From Spirochaetaceae bacterium (GTDB taxonomy: Bacteria; Myxococcota_A; UBA9160; UBA4427), in the NCBI GenBank assembly GCA_020632655.1, contig JACKFD010000016.1, positions 60,753 to 124,752 on the forward strand: 64,000 nt of DNA, read 5' to 3'. The position numbers were made by a program, and so were the translations under genes. Of this stretch, positions 37,206 through 46,737 are shown one piece after another. The notes under the pieces were generated by a model that saw nothing but the letters and a program-made list of their open reading frames with translations, was not told the origin of the DNA and ran no database searches. Position 1 is the first letter of the stretch; every line of letters starts with the position of its first letter.

Positions 37206-38231
37206 ATGGGCACCAAGTCGAAGCTCGAGTACATCTGGCTCGATGGGTACAAGCCGACCCAGAGCCTGCGAAGCAAGACGAAGATCATCGAGAACTTCAG
37301 CGGCAAGCTCCAGGACGCCCCGATGTGGTCGTTCGACGGCTCCTCGACCGAGCAGGCCCCCGGCGGCTCGTCGGACCTCCTGCTGAAGCCGGTCGCGATC
37401 TTCGACGACCCCGCACGCAAGAACGGCTACCTCGTCATGACCGAGGTGCTGAACTCCGACGGCACCCCGCACGACACCAACGGCCGCGCGACGATCAAGG
37501 ACGAGGACGAGGACTTCTGGTTCGGCTTCGAGCAGGAGTACTGCATCTGGGACACGGAGCATCACGCTCCGATCGGCTTCCCGCCGGCGGGCTATCCGCC
37601 GCCCCAGGGTCCCTACTACTGCTCGGTCGGTGCGATGAACGCGATCGGTCGCGAGATCGTCGAGGAGCACCTCGACCTCTGCCTCGATGCCGGCATCAAC
37701 GTCGAGGGCATCAACGCCGAGGTCATGATGGGGCAGTGGGAGTTCCAGTGCTTCGCGAAGGGCGCCAAGAAGGCCGGTGACCATACCTGGGTCGCCCGCT
37801 ACCTCCTCGAGCGGACGGCGGAGCGCCACGGCTACGCGATCGAGTGGGAGCCGAAGCCGGTGCAGGGCGACTGGAACGGCTCGGGCATGCACGCGAACTT
37901 CTCGAACACGCTGCTCCGCACCTGCGGCAGCCAGGCCGTGTACGAGCAGATCTGCAAGGCCTTCGAGCCGCGCATCGCCGAGCACATCGCGGTCTACGGC
38001 GCGGGCAACGAGCGGCGCCTCACGGGCAAGCACGAGACGCAGTCGATCGACAAGTTCAGCTACGGCGTCTCGGATCGCGGCGCCTCCATCCGCATCCCGA
38101 TCGCGACGGTCGAGAACGGCTGGAAGGGTTGGCTCGAGGACCGACGCCCGGCCTCGAACGCCGATCCCTACAAGGTGGCCGGCGTGATCGTCGAGACCGT
38201 CTCGGCGGCCTCGAAGAACGTGAAGAGCTGA
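37206..38231 (+). CDS. glnII: glutamine synthetase type II (eukaryote-like GSII)
   Basis: MGTKSKLEYIWLDGYKPTQSLRSKTK...WSFDGSSTEQAPGGSSD...FGFEQEY...GPYYCSVG...NAEVMMGQWEFQ...DWNGSGMHANFS...RLTGKHET...DRGASIRIP...LEDRRPASNADPY. Confidence 0.93.
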   Translation: MGTKSKLEYIWLDGYKPTQSLRSKTKIIENFSGKLQDAPMWSFDGSSTEQAPGGSSDLLLKPVAIFDDPARKNGYLVMTEVLNSDGTPHDTNGRATIKDEDEDFWFGFEQEYCIWDTEHHAPIGFPPAGYPPPQGPYYCSVGAMNAIGREIVEEHLDLCLDAGINVEGINAEVMMGQWEFQCFAKGAKKAGDHTWVARYLLERTAERHGYAIEWEPKPVQGDWNGSGMHANFSNTLLRTCGSQAVYEQICKAFEPRIAEHIAVYGAGNERRLTGKHETQSIDKFSYGVSDRGASIRIPIATVENGWKGWLEDRRPASNADPYKVAGVIVETVSAASKNVKS

Positions 38232-38264
38232 GACCCGTCGGGTCCGCTCCGCGCGTGGGAGTCG

Positions 38265-38302
38265 GGGGCGTCCGGACGCGAGTCCGGGCGCCCCTTCTCG
38301 TT
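38265..38302 (+). terminator. intrinsic terminator after glnII
   Basis: 11-bp stem: GGGGCGTCCGG (38265-38275) pairs with CCGGGCGCCCC (38284-38294), including one G-U pair. 8-nt loop, followed by TTCTCGTT. Confidence 0.55.
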
Positions 38303-38482
38303 GGTGGACCGCGTCGGCGGGTACCGGGCCGCCCCGCTCCGACGCGGCGTCGAGCGGATGGGGCTTGACGCCGCGACGCAACCGGGGTCAAGTGGAGCGG
38401 GAACGTCCGCTCCGCGCTCGGAGCGCCCGTGCCGCGTCCCGGGACGCGCGGGGCGACCCGGGCGGGCCACGGGAGGCTCGAC

Positions 38483-39523
38483 ATGCGCATCCTCGTCACG
38501 GGCGGCACGGGCTTCATCGGCTCCCACACGATCCGCGCGCTGCTCTCCGCGGGCCACGACGTCAAGCTGCTCGTCCGCAACGAGGAGAAGGCACGGAGGC
38601 TCTGGGCCGACGAGCCCCGGGTGCTCGAGGATCTGGTCGTCGGCAAGCTCACCTCCGGCCCCGCGACCGCCGACGCACTGCGCGAGTGCGACGGCCTGAT
38701 CCACACGGCGGCGCCCGTCACCCTCGGTGTGTCCCGCGCCGAGGCGCGGCAGGCCGCCTCCGACAATCGTCGCTCGATCCGGCTCCTGATCGATCGCGCC
38801 CTCCAGGACGGCATGACGCGCATCGTCCACCTCTCGACGACCGCCCTCTTCGACACACGCGGCGTCGAGATCGCCGACGAGCAGACGCCGATCGTGCAGG
38901 GCGGCGACCCCTACGCCCTCTCGAAGACCGCCCCCGAGCTCGCCGTGCGCGCCCTGCAGGAGCGCGGCGCACCGATCGCCATCACCTACCCGCCGAGCGT
39001 GATCGGCCCCGACGACCCCGGCCTCTCCGAGGGCGTGAAGGGCATCCAGCTCTTCCTCGAAACCAGCGTGATCCTCACGACCTCGGGCTTCCAGATCGTG
39101 GACGTGCGCGACCTGGCCGCGATCCATCTGGCGCTCATCGAACGCGATCCGGTCGCCCCGGCGCGCTACGTCACGACCGCGCGCTTCATGCCCTGGGCGG
39201 AGTTCGCAGAGCTGCTCGACCAGGCGGCGGGCGTGCGGCTGCCGCGCGTACGGCTGCCCGGGAAGGCGATGCGTTTCTTCGGACGTCTGGGCGATCGGCT
39301 GCGGCCCTTCATGGACCTCGACCCGACGATGTCGGCCGAGGCGACGCGGCTCGCGACCCAATGGGTCGAGTTCGACGGCAGCCGCGTGACCCGCGAGCTC
39401 GGCATCAAGTACCGCGACCCGCGCGCGAGCCTCGGCGACACGATCCGCTGGCTGGCCGAGACCGGTCAGGTCGACCCGCGCAAGGCGCTCCGCTTCACGC
39501 ATCCCGGACGCGGACGGCGCTGA
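38483..39523 (+). CDS. NAD-dependent epimerase/dehydratase family protein (extended SDR)
   Basis: GGGAGG RBS. MRILVTGGTGFIGSHTIRALLSAGHDV, YALSK. Confidence 0.85.
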   Translation: MRILVTGGTGFIGSHTIRALLSAGHDVKLLVRNEEKARRLWADEPRVLEDLVVGKLTSGPATADALRECDGLIHTAAPVTLGVSRAEARQAASDNRRSIRLLIDRALQDGMTRIVHLSTTALFDTRGVEIADEQTPIVQGGDPYALSKTAPELAVRALQERGAPIAITYPPSVIGPDDPGLSEGVKGIQLFLETSVILTTSGFQIVDVRDLAAIHLALIERDPVAPARYVTTARFMPWAEFAELLDQAAGVRLPRVRLPGKAMRFFGRLGDRLRPFMDLDPTMSAEATRLATQWVEFDGSRVTRELGIKYRDPRASLGDTIRWLAETGQVDPRKALRFTHPGRGRR

Positions 39524-39570
39524 CCCGCGGACTCGCGCATCCCGGACGCGGACGGCGCTGCCCCGCGGAC
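39498..39570. repeat. 38-bp-period tandem duplication spanning the stop codon of gene 38483-39523
   Basis: cgcatcccggacgcggacggcgctg[a/c]cccgcggac at 39498-39532 and 39536-39570 (34/35). TGA in copy 1 is TGC in copy 2. Confidence 0.9.
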
Positions 39571-39706
39571 GCGCGCAGCCCGACGTAGACGGCGCGGAGG
39601 CGCATGACGCTCGGCCCGCGAGCGGAGACGGCACGCCGCACAGCCGGTAGACTCGCCGACCTCCGGCCGCAGCCTCGCCGCCGGTCCAGTCGGGAGCACG
39701 CAGCGC

Positions 39707-40498
39707 ATGGGGAACCGACTCGCCGGCAAGATCGCGATCATCACGGGCGCCGGTCAGGGCATCGGCCGCGCCGGCGCCCTCGCCTTCGCCGCCGAGGGCG
39801 CCACGGTCGTCGTGAACGACCTGCACGAGGAGACGGCGCAGGAGACGACGCGACGGGTCCACGAGGCAGGCGGCCGTGCCCTCTGCCACGTCGCCGACGT
39901 GACCGACTCCAGAGCCGTCGACGCGCTCGTCGAGCGCTGCGTCGCCGAGCTCGGGCGGCTCGACGTGATGTGGTGCAACGCGGGCGGGGCGCGGCCCGAG
40001 TCGACGGTCGAGATGAGCGACGCGGCCTACGAGCGCGTCGTCGCGCTCAACCAACACGCGGTCTTCTACGGCTGTCGGGCGGCGCTGCGCGCCATGCTGC
40101 CGCAGCGCTCGGGCAACCTGCTGATCACGACCTCGGGCGCCGGCCTCGGCGCCGTGCATCATCTCGCCGCCTACGGCATGGCCAAGGCCGCCGTCGTGAA
40201 CCTCGGCAAGAGCCTCGCCGCCGAGTACGGTCGGCACGGCATCCGCGCGAACGTGATCTCGCCCGGACCGATGGGCTCCGAGGGCTTCCTGTCCTGGCTC
40301 GCGACGGTCGAGGGGCTGCGCGAGCGCTTCGAGTCGGAGGTGCCGCTGCGACGACTCGGCACGCCCGAGGACATCGCCCGGACCGCCGTCTTCCTCGCCT
40401 CCGACGAGGCTTCCTTCGTGAGCGGCGTCGTCGTGCCCGTCGACGGGGGCATCGCCTCGCAGTACCCGACGCCCCAGGCCGAGCTGCCCGAAGACTGA
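39707..40498 (+). CDS. SDR family oxidoreductase
   Basis: IAIITGAGQGIGRAGA, YGMAKAAV. 263 aa. Confidence 0.9.
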   Translation: MGNRLAGKIAIITGAGQGIGRAGALAFAAEGATVVVNDLHEETAQETTRRVHEAGGRALCHVADVTDSRAVDALVERCVAELGRLDVMWCNAGGARPESTVEMSDAAYERVVALNQHAVFYGCRAALRAMLPQRSGNLLITTSGAGLGAVHHLAAYGMAKAAVVNLGKSLAAEYGRHGIRANVISPGPMGSEGFLSWLATVEGLRERFESEVPLRRLGTPEDIARTAVFLASDEASFVSGVVVPVDGGIASQYPTPQAELPED

Positions 40499-40570
40499 AT
40501 GGCCTCGAGCCCGACCTCGGGCCGGGCCGGGCTCGTCCGCGGATGGTCCGTCCCCCGTCGACGGGTCGGC

Positions 40571-41329
40571 TCAGCCGCGGATGATCTGCCCCCCGTCGAC
40601 CGCGAGCAGCTGGCCGCTCACCCAGGCCGAGGCGTCCGAGAGCAGCCAGAGACACGCATCCGCCATGTCCTTCGGCCGGCCGAGTCGCGAGATCGGGATC
40701 TGCGCGACCATCTGGTCCATGAAGGCCTTCGGCGTCTGGGCGGCGAGGGCCTCGGTATCCGTCGGCCCCGGCGCGATCGCGTTCACGCGGATGTTCATCC
40801 GGCCGAGCTCGCGGGCCAGACAATGGGTCAGGCCATTGATGCCGTACTTGGCGAGGCCGTAGTAGCCGACGCCCATCCACGCCGCGGTCGACGACTGATT
40901 GACGATCGAGCCGCCCCCGCGCTGGCTCATCGAGCCGTAGCAGGCGCGCGCGCAGAGCAGCGCCCCGTCCATGTTGATGTCCATGAACTTCTTGTAATAG
41001 TCCCAGTCGACCTGGAGCATCGACTCGGTCTTCATGCCGCCGAAGAGCGCCGCGTTGTTCACGAGGAAGTCGATCCCGCCGAAGCGCTCGATCGCCGCCG
41101 CGGCCATCGCCTGCGTCGACTCCTCCGACGACACGTCGGTCCGGACGAAGAGCGCGTCGCCGCCATCGCCCGAGATCGAGTCGGCGACCGCCCGCCCCTT
41201 CTGCTCGTCGATCTCGGCGATCACGACCTTCGCGCCCTCGGCGACCAGTGCCCGCGCGTAGGCCTCCCCGATGCCGCCGCCCGACCCCGTGACGATGGCG
41301 ACCTTGCCTGCGATGCCCGGATGGCCCAT
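40571..41329 (-). CDS. SDR family oxidoreductase
   Basis: GAGGAGGA RBS. MGHPGIAGKVAIVTGSGGGIGEAYA, NNAAL, YGLAK. Confidence 0.88.
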   Translation of the reverse strand: MGHPGIAGKVAIVTGSGGGIGEAYARALVAEGAKVVIAEIDEQKGRAVADSISGDGGDALFVRTDVSSEESTQAMAAAAIERFGGIDFLVNNAALFGGMKTESMLQVDWDYYKKFMDINMDGALLCARACYGSMSQRGGGSIVNQSSTAAWMGVGYYGLAKYGINGLTHCLARELGRMNIRVNAIAPGPTDTEALAAQTPKAFMDQMVAQIPISRLGRPKDMADACLWLLSDASAWVSGQLLAVDGGQIIRG

Positions 41330-41565
41330 GGATCCTCCTCGACGTCGTCGCGCCTCCGCCTCGTCTCGCGACCCGGCCATCTGCCGAACGCGCGCGGTGT
41401 GGCGTCGATCGCTTCGAGCGGAGCACGATAATCGCTCGCCTGCGGCGTCGAAAGGGCGCCAGTCTCGAAGTCGGTCGATACACTCGCGCGACGCGATCGA
41501 CTCGCGCGGATGGCCGATCGTCAGGACTGCCGGACGAGTCGCACGAAAGGTGAGGGAGGACGGAG

Positions 41566-41949
41566 ATGGTCGACGAGGCGCGTCGTGAGCGGGGACTCGA
41601 GATGTTGAAGAAGGTCTACGCCGGCGACGTCGTGGCGCCGCCGGAGGGCAGCGCCTTCGTCGACACGATGCTCGCCCAGCTCTTCGCGGAGGTCTGGACC
41701 CGCGACGTGCTCTCGATGCGCGACAAGCGACTGCTGCTGCTCGGCATCATCGCCGAGAAGGGCGAGCCCATGACCTTCGGGATCCAGGTCAAGGCCGCGA
41801 TCAAGAACGGCGAGCTCACGCCCGCGGAGGCCCGCGAGACGTTGCTCATGATCGCGCAGTACGCGGGCTATCCGCGGGCGGCCGCGCTCGTCGCGATCAT
41901 CGAGCAGATGATCGCAGAGGTGGAGAAGGAGCAGGCCGGGAAGGGCTGA
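41566..41949 (+). CDS. carboxymuconolactone decarboxylase (AhpD-like) family protein
   Basis: ...FAEVWTRDVLSMRDKRLLLLGIIAEKG...TPAEARETLLMIAQYAGYPRAAA. 127 aa. Confidence 0.75.
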   Translation: MVDEARRERGLEMLKKVYAGDVVAPPEGSAFVDTMLAQLFAEVWTRDVLSMRDKRLLLLGIIAEKGEPMTFGIQVKAAIKNGELTPAEARETLLMIAQYAGYPRAAALVAIIEQMIAEVEKEQAGKG

Positions 41950-41997
41950 GCGTCGACGCGCCGCGCGCTCCGCGACGCACCCGACCGCCCCGCTGCC

Positions 41998-42774
41998 TCA
42001 GCGTGCGAGCTGACTCATGTCGACCGCCGAGCCACCGTCGACGCAGAGCACCTGCCCCGTCACGTACGCGGCCGCCTCGCTGCAGAGGAAGAGGACGGCA
42101 TTCGCGATGTCGTCGGGCGTGCCCACGTAGCCAAGGGGACATCGCGCGTCGCGCTCGTCGCCGCTGCCGAGGCGCGCCATGCCCTCGGTCCCGCCGATCG
42201 CGCCCGGCGCGATCCCGTTCACGCGCACACCATGCGGACCGAACTCGACGGCGCAGGTGCGGGTCAGCGAGTCGACACCCATCTTGGCGGCCGCGCAATG
42301 CGCCTGATAGGCGACGCCCATGTGGTCGAAGGGGGCGGAGATGTTGACGACGTGCCCGCCGGAGGTGGCGAGGGCCTTGTCGAAGGCGGCCTTCGTGACG
42401 TTGTAGGTGCCGCGCAGGTCGATGTCGACGACGGCCTTGAAGCCGTTGTAGGAGAGACCCGAGATCGGCGCGGGGAAGTTGCCGGCGGCGTTGTTCACGA
42501 CGATGTCGAGGCGCTCCCAGCGTTCGAGGATCGCGTCGATCACGGCCTCGACCTGCGCGCCGTCCCGCACGTCGCAGGGCACCCACATCGCGTCGATTCC
42601 GTCGGCCTCGAAGTCGCGGACCGCCGCCTCGAGGACCTCGGCGCGGCGGCTCGCGATGCAGACCTTGGCTCCGTGGAGCCCGAGGGCGCGGGCGATCCCA
42701 CGGCCGATGCCCGTCCCGCCGCCGGTCACGAGCGCCACCCGCCCCGCACACAGATCGCTTCGAAAGACGCCCAT
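41998..42774 (-). CDS. SDR, 2,4-dienoyl-CoA reductase (DECR2)-like
   Basis: [18 protein letters not shown]...NNAAGNFPAPISGLSYNGFKAVVDIDLRGTYNV...APGAIGGTEGMARLG resembles peroxisomal dienoyl-CoA reductases. Confidence 0.8.
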   Translation of the reverse strand: MGVFRSDLCAGRVALVTGGGTGIGRGIARALGLHGAKVCIASRRAEVLEAAVRDFEADGIDAMWVPCDVRDGAQVEAVIDAILERWERLDIVVNNAAGNFPAPISGLSYNGFKAVVDIDLRGTYNVTKAAFDKALATSGGHVVNISAPFDHMGVAYQAHCAAAKMGVDSLTRTCAVEFGPHGVRVNGIAPGAIGGTEGMARLGSGDERDARCPLGYVGTPDDIANAVLFLCSEAAAYVTGQVLCVDGGSAVDMSQLAR

Positions 42775-42949
42775 CGTGCCCTCACCCCCTTCACCGTCGC
42801 CGTCGCGCGGGCGGACGATAGTCGACCCACGGTCCGCCCGCGGCTCGGCCGCGCGCGCCCCGTCCTCCGGACTGCTCCCTATACTCGCCGCCGATCCCGA
42901 GCCGGGCGCCGCGCACGGAGCCGACTCGCTCACACGGAGATCCGCCTGC

Positions 42950-43759
42950 ATGTCCGACATCGTCACCTGCGAGGTCCGCGACCACGTGGCCGACGTCCGG
43001 CTGAACCGGCCCGACAAGATGAACGCCGTGAACCACGAGATGTGGCAGGCGCTCGGCGGGATCGGCGAGGTGCTCGCCGCGGAGTCCGGCGTGCGCGCGG
43101 TCGTGCTCTCGGGCAACGGACGCGCATTCTGCTCGGGCCTCGACATGGCGAGCTTCCAGGCCATGTCGGGCGGTGGCCCAGGCGCGCCCGGCGGCCAGGC
43201 CCTCGACGCGGGCCGCGACCGCCCGGAGAACTTCTTCCAGCGTGCGGCCCTCGTCTGGAAGCGCATCCCCGTGCCCGTGATCGCCGCACTGCACGGCGTC
43301 GCCTACGGCGCCGGCGCGCAGATCGCACTCGGAGCCGACATCCGCTTCGCCGCGCCGGACCTGCGGCTCTCGATCCTCGAGATCAAGTGGGGGCTGATCC
43401 CGGACGTCGGCATCACGCAGACGCTCCGCAATCTCGTCCCCCTCGACGTCGCGAAGGAGCTCACTTTCACCGGCCGCGTCCTCGACGCCGAGGCGGCGCG
43501 GGCGCTCGGTCTCGTGACGCACGTCGTCGAGGACGCGCACGCAGGGGCCATGGCCCTCGCGCGCGAGATCGCCGGCAAGTCGCCCGATGCGATCCGGGCC
43601 GGCAAGCGGCTCCTCGACGAGGCCTGGCATGCCGACGAGCGAACGGGGCTCGCCCTCGAGGCCGCGCTCCAGCGTACGCTGATCGGCAGCCCGAACCAGG
43701 TCGAGTCGATCCGCGCGAACTTCGAGAAGCGCGCACCCGATTTCGCGGACCCCGACTGA
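42950..43759 (+). CDS. enoyl-CoA hydratase/isomerase family protein
   Basis: VADVRLNRPDKMNAVN...AFCSGLDM...VIAALHGVAYGAGAQIALGADIRF. Confidence 0.88.
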   Translation: MSDIVTCEVRDHVADVRLNRPDKMNAVNHEMWQALGGIGEVLAAESGVRAVVLSGNGRAFCSGLDMASFQAMSGGGPGAPGGQALDAGRDRPENFFQRAALVWKRIPVPVIAALHGVAYGAGAQIALGADIRFAAPDLRLSILEIKWGLIPDVGITQTLRNLVPLDVAKELTFTGRVLDAEAARALGLVTHVVEDAHAGAMALAREIAGKSPDAIRAGKRLLDEAWHADERTGLALEAALQRTLIGSPNQVESIRANFEKRAPDFADPD

Positions 43760-43771
43760 CGTCGATCGGCT

Positions 43772-43847
43772 GCTCAGCCGCGGGTTCCGGCGAGCTCCGC
43801 CGTCGCGATGCGATCGCGCTCAGCCCCGGGTCCCGGCGAGCTCCGCC
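43772..43847. repeat. 46-bp-period tandem duplication of the 3' end (with stop codon) of gene 43820-44863
   Basis: gctcagcc[g/c]cgggt[t/c]ccggcgagctccgcc at 43772-43801 and 43818-43847 (28/30). Copy 2 is the real gene end (AELAGTRG*). Copy 1 lies in the convergent spacer. Confidence 0.9.
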
Positions 43848-44863
43848 ATCAGGTCGTAGGCCTCTTCCTGCTGCGTGCGGACCGTGACGCCCGTATAGGG
43901 CATCGGCTCCCAGAGCTCGCGCCAGCGCCGCTTGATGCGTTCGCGATCGCCGAAGAGGCCGCCCTCGTCGATGTACTCGTCGGGTACGGCCTCGACCGCC
44001 TCCTGTCGACGGCCGGCCTGGAAGAGCTCGTGGATGCGCTCCGCCGCCTCGCCCCAGCCCTCGCGATGCATGCGCTTCTTGTGGAAGTTGAGATCCGGAT
44101 GGCCCATGCCGCCGACGTAGAGGGCGACGAAATCCTTGCCCGCACGCAGCGCGCCCTTCACGTCGTCGGTGATCGTGACGCTGACGCCGCCCTGGATCTC
44201 GAAGTCCGCGTAGCCCTTGCCGCCGCCGGCGCGCGCGAAGCCCTCCTCGAACCAGCCCTTGAAGGTCGCGACGTTGCCCGGGCGCATGCCGAAGGCGAGC
44301 CAGCCGTCGGCGATCTCGGCCGTCATCTTCACCATCTCGGGTGCACCGGTCCCGAGCCAGATCTTTGGCTTCTGGTCGAAGTGGAGGATCGACTTGAGCG
44401 GCTTACCCATGCCCGCGGAGCCCGGACCGTCGTAGGGCAGCCGGATCTCGGGCCCATCGTGCGTGACGGGTCCCTCGCGCGCGAAGATCTTGTTGATGAT
44501 CGTGACGTAGTCACGCAGCCGGGCCGCCGGCCGGCCCCAGGGCGTGCCGTACCAGCCCTCGACGATCTGCGGCCCCGAGAGCCCGATCCCGCCGATCACG
44601 CGCCCGCCCCCGGCGAGCGCATCGAGCGTGCCGAGCTGCATCGCCGTCATGGTCGGCGTGCGCGCCCCCGCCTGGATCACCGCCGTGCCGAGCCGGATCC
44701 GCTTCGTATGCGCCGCCACGAAGGCGAGCGGCGTGATCGCGTCCGAGCCGTAGGCCTCGGCCGTCCAGACCGAGTCGTAGCCGAGCGCCTCGAGCCGCTG
44801 GATGCGCTCGATCGGCACGTCCACGCCGCGTCCCGCGTACTCGATCGCCAGTCCGAGCTTCAT
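43820..44863 (-). CDS. luciferase-like monooxygenase (LLM class, F420-dependent-type oxidoreductase)
   Basis: GAGGAG RBS. MKLGLAIEYAGRGVDVPIERIQRLEALGYDSVWTAEAYGSDAITPLAF... Confidence 0.85.
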   Translation of the reverse strand: MKLGLAIEYAGRGVDVPIERIQRLEALGYDSVWTAEAYGSDAITPLAFVAAHTKRIRLGTAVIQAGARTPTMTAMQLGTLDALAGGGRVIGGIGLSGPQIVEGWYGTPWGRPAARLRDYVTIINKIFAREGPVTHDGPEIRLPYDGPGSAGMGKPLKSILHFDQKPKIWLGTGAPEMVKMTAEIADGWLAFGMRPGNVATFKGWFEEGFARAGGGKGYADFEIQGGVSVTITDDVKGALRAGKDFVALYVGGMGHPDLNFHKKRMHREGWGEAAERIHELFQAGRRQEAVEAVPDEYIDEGGLFGDRERIKRRWRELWEPMPYTGVTVRTQQEEAYDLMAELAGTRG

Positions 44864-45017
44864 GTCGTGCTCCTCGGCGTCGCGGGACCGGAGGCACGCG
44901 ACCCGTTCCATGGGGTCGGCCGAGCATACGCGATCCCGATACACCGCGTCGGACCCCCACCTCGATCCGCTCCGACGCAGCAGCGACCGGACCCCGCCGT
45001 CCCCTAGACTCGCCCGC

Positions 45018-45902
45018 GTGAAGAGCCCGACCGACCGAGCCTCGAGCCGAGATCCCGAGCCGCCGCTGTTCACGCGCTACGGCTTCACACGCACGGGCCT
45101 CCCGGACGCGCCGCTCCGCATCGAGCCCTACCCCGCGATCGCGACGCACGGCGCCTTGCGCGCCACGGTCGTCGCCTCGGCGATCGATCTCGTCGGCGGA
45201 CTCTTCACGCGTGCGATCGCGGGCGTCGACGCGACCTTCACGAGCGACCTCTCGCTGCGCATCCCGTCGCCCGGCAGGCCGCCGAGACTGCTCGCGCACG
45301 GCGAGATCCTGCGCGCGGGTCGACGCCTCGTCACGACGGGCGTGCGGATCGAGCGGGAGGACGCGGGGAGCGGTCTCTACGCCTGGGGCGAGACGACCTT
45401 CTCGCGCGTACCGCGCGTGCTTCGCCCGGGCGAGGCGATGCCCGACGTCGAGACGCTCTCGACGCCCGCGACGATCGAGCGCCATCCCCTCGCGCAGCCG
45501 CTCGACGCGGCGGTCGGTGTCGAGGTGGTGGAGGCGACGCCGGGTCTCGTGCGCCTCGCGCTGCGCCCTGCGCTGCGGAATCCGGAGGGCGTGATGCAGG
45601 GCGCGCTCTATGCCCTGCTCGCGGAGTGCGCAGGGCTCGCCCGCGCGGGTGCCGATCTCGGCGTGCCGCACGTCGTGACCGCGCTCGACCTGCGCTACCT
45701 CGCTGCGGCGACCGTCGGCCCCGTCGAGGCCAGGGCCGATTGGATCGGCACGAACGCGTCGCGCATGCTGCACGTGGAGATCCGGGACCGCGGCCGCGAC
45801 GACCGGCTCACGACGACGGCCTGGCTGCAGCTCGTTCCGGCTATCGTGGGCAGCGCACCCGCCGACCCGGCGGATCGCGAGGGGGACGCAGCTTGGACGT
45901 GA
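45018..45902 (+). CDS. double hotdog-fold (PaaI/thioesterase-like) protein; start uncertain (GTG 45018 or ATG 44910)
   Basis: Two thioesterase-like halves: ...HGALRATVVASAIDLVGG... and ...NPEGVMQGALYALLAECAG... A TAGACT box lies 7 nt before GTG 45018. Confidence 0.6.
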   Translation: MKSPTDRASSRDPEPPLFTRYGFTRTGLPDAPLRIEPYPAIATHGALRATVVASAIDLVGGLFTRAIAGVDATFTSDLSLRIPSPGRPPRLLAHGEILRAGRRLVTTGVRIEREDAGSGLYAWGETTFSRVPRVLRPGEAMPDVETLSTPATIERHPLAQPLDAAVGVEVVEATPGLVRLALRPALRNPEGVMQGALYALLAECAGLARAGADLGVPHVVTALDLRYLAAATVGPVEARADWIGTNASRMLHVEIRDRGRDDRLTTTAWLQLVPAIVGSAPADPADREGDAAWT

Positions 45903-46681
45903 ATCGCGAGATCCGGACGAACCTCGAAGGCCAGACCGTGATCGTGACGGGCGGCACCCGCGGCATCGGGCTCGGGATCGTGCGCGTGCTCGCGCGCGCC
46001 GGCGCGAACCTCGTCGTGACCGGTCGCAAGGCCGCACGGCTCGAGGCCCTCGCCGAGGCGCTCACGGCGCAGGGCACGCCCTTCCGCACGCTGGTCGCCG
46101 ACGTCGCCCGTCGCGAGACGAGCGCCGAGGTCGCACGCGTGGCCCTCGAGGCCTTCGGCGCGATCGACGGGCTCGTCGCGAATGCCCAGTCGTACCGACC
46201 GGTCACGGCGCTGGCCGACGTGACCGAGTCCGACTTCGACCTCGTGCTCGAGACCGGGCCGAAGGGCACGCTCTGGCTGATGCAGGCCGTGCTGCCGACG
46301 ATGCAGGCGCGCGGGCGCGGGCGGATCGTGACGATGGGCTCGGCGATGGGCCAGACGGCGGCGCCGGGCTACGGGCCCTACTCGGCGGCGAAGGAGGCGG
46401 TCCGCTCGCTGACCCGCACGGCGGCGCGGGAGTGGGGTCGCTTCGGGATCACGGTCAACTGCGTCTGCCCGGCGTCGGTCGCCCATCGCATGCCGGTCAT
46501 GGAGGAAGGCAGCGACCGCGCGAAGGCCTTCGCCCAGATGTACGCCGACCATCCGCTGGGCCGCGACGGCGATCCCGAGGACGACATCGCGCCGGTCGTA
46601 GCCTTCCTGCTCTCGGACGCGAGCCAGTACCTGACCGGACAGACCCTGATGGTCGACGGCGGCGGCATCATGCGCGCCTGA
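45899..46681 (+). CDS. SDR family oxidoreductase
   Basis: GTG overlaps the upstream stop (GTGA). TVIVTGGTRGIGLGIV, YSAAKEAV. Confidence 0.85.
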   Translation: MNREIRTNLEGQTVIVTGGTRGIGLGIVRVLARAGANLVVTGRKAARLEALAEALTAQGTPFRTLVADVARRETSAEVARVALEAFGAIDGLVANAQSYRPVTALADVTESDFDLVLETGPKGTLWLMQAVLPTMQARGRGRIVTMGSAMGQTAAPGYGPYSAAKEAVRSLTRTAAREWGRFGITVNCVCPASVAHRMPVMEEGSDRAKAFAQMYADHPLGRDGDPEDDIAPVVAFLLSDASQYLTGQTLMVDGGGIMRA

Positions 46682-46737
46682 GACCGGCCCGAGACCCGGA
46701 CGCGACGCCGCGGCGCTCGCGCGACGAGGAGATTGCC

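Noticed and set aside
36796-37420. Several 110-180-aa ORFs on both strands in the glnII leader
   Set aside because: They have poor GC3, no RBS and no motifs. The region is better explained as the sigma-54 promoter plus an untranslated leader.
44910-45017. Longer version of the thioesterase-like gene starting at ATG 44910
   Set aside because: This is not fully excluded, because GC3 is fairly high. However, the GGAGG lies ~16 nt upstream, which is poorly spaced, and the segment contains the TAGACTCGCC box. I kept GTG 45018 as the primary call at reduced confidence.
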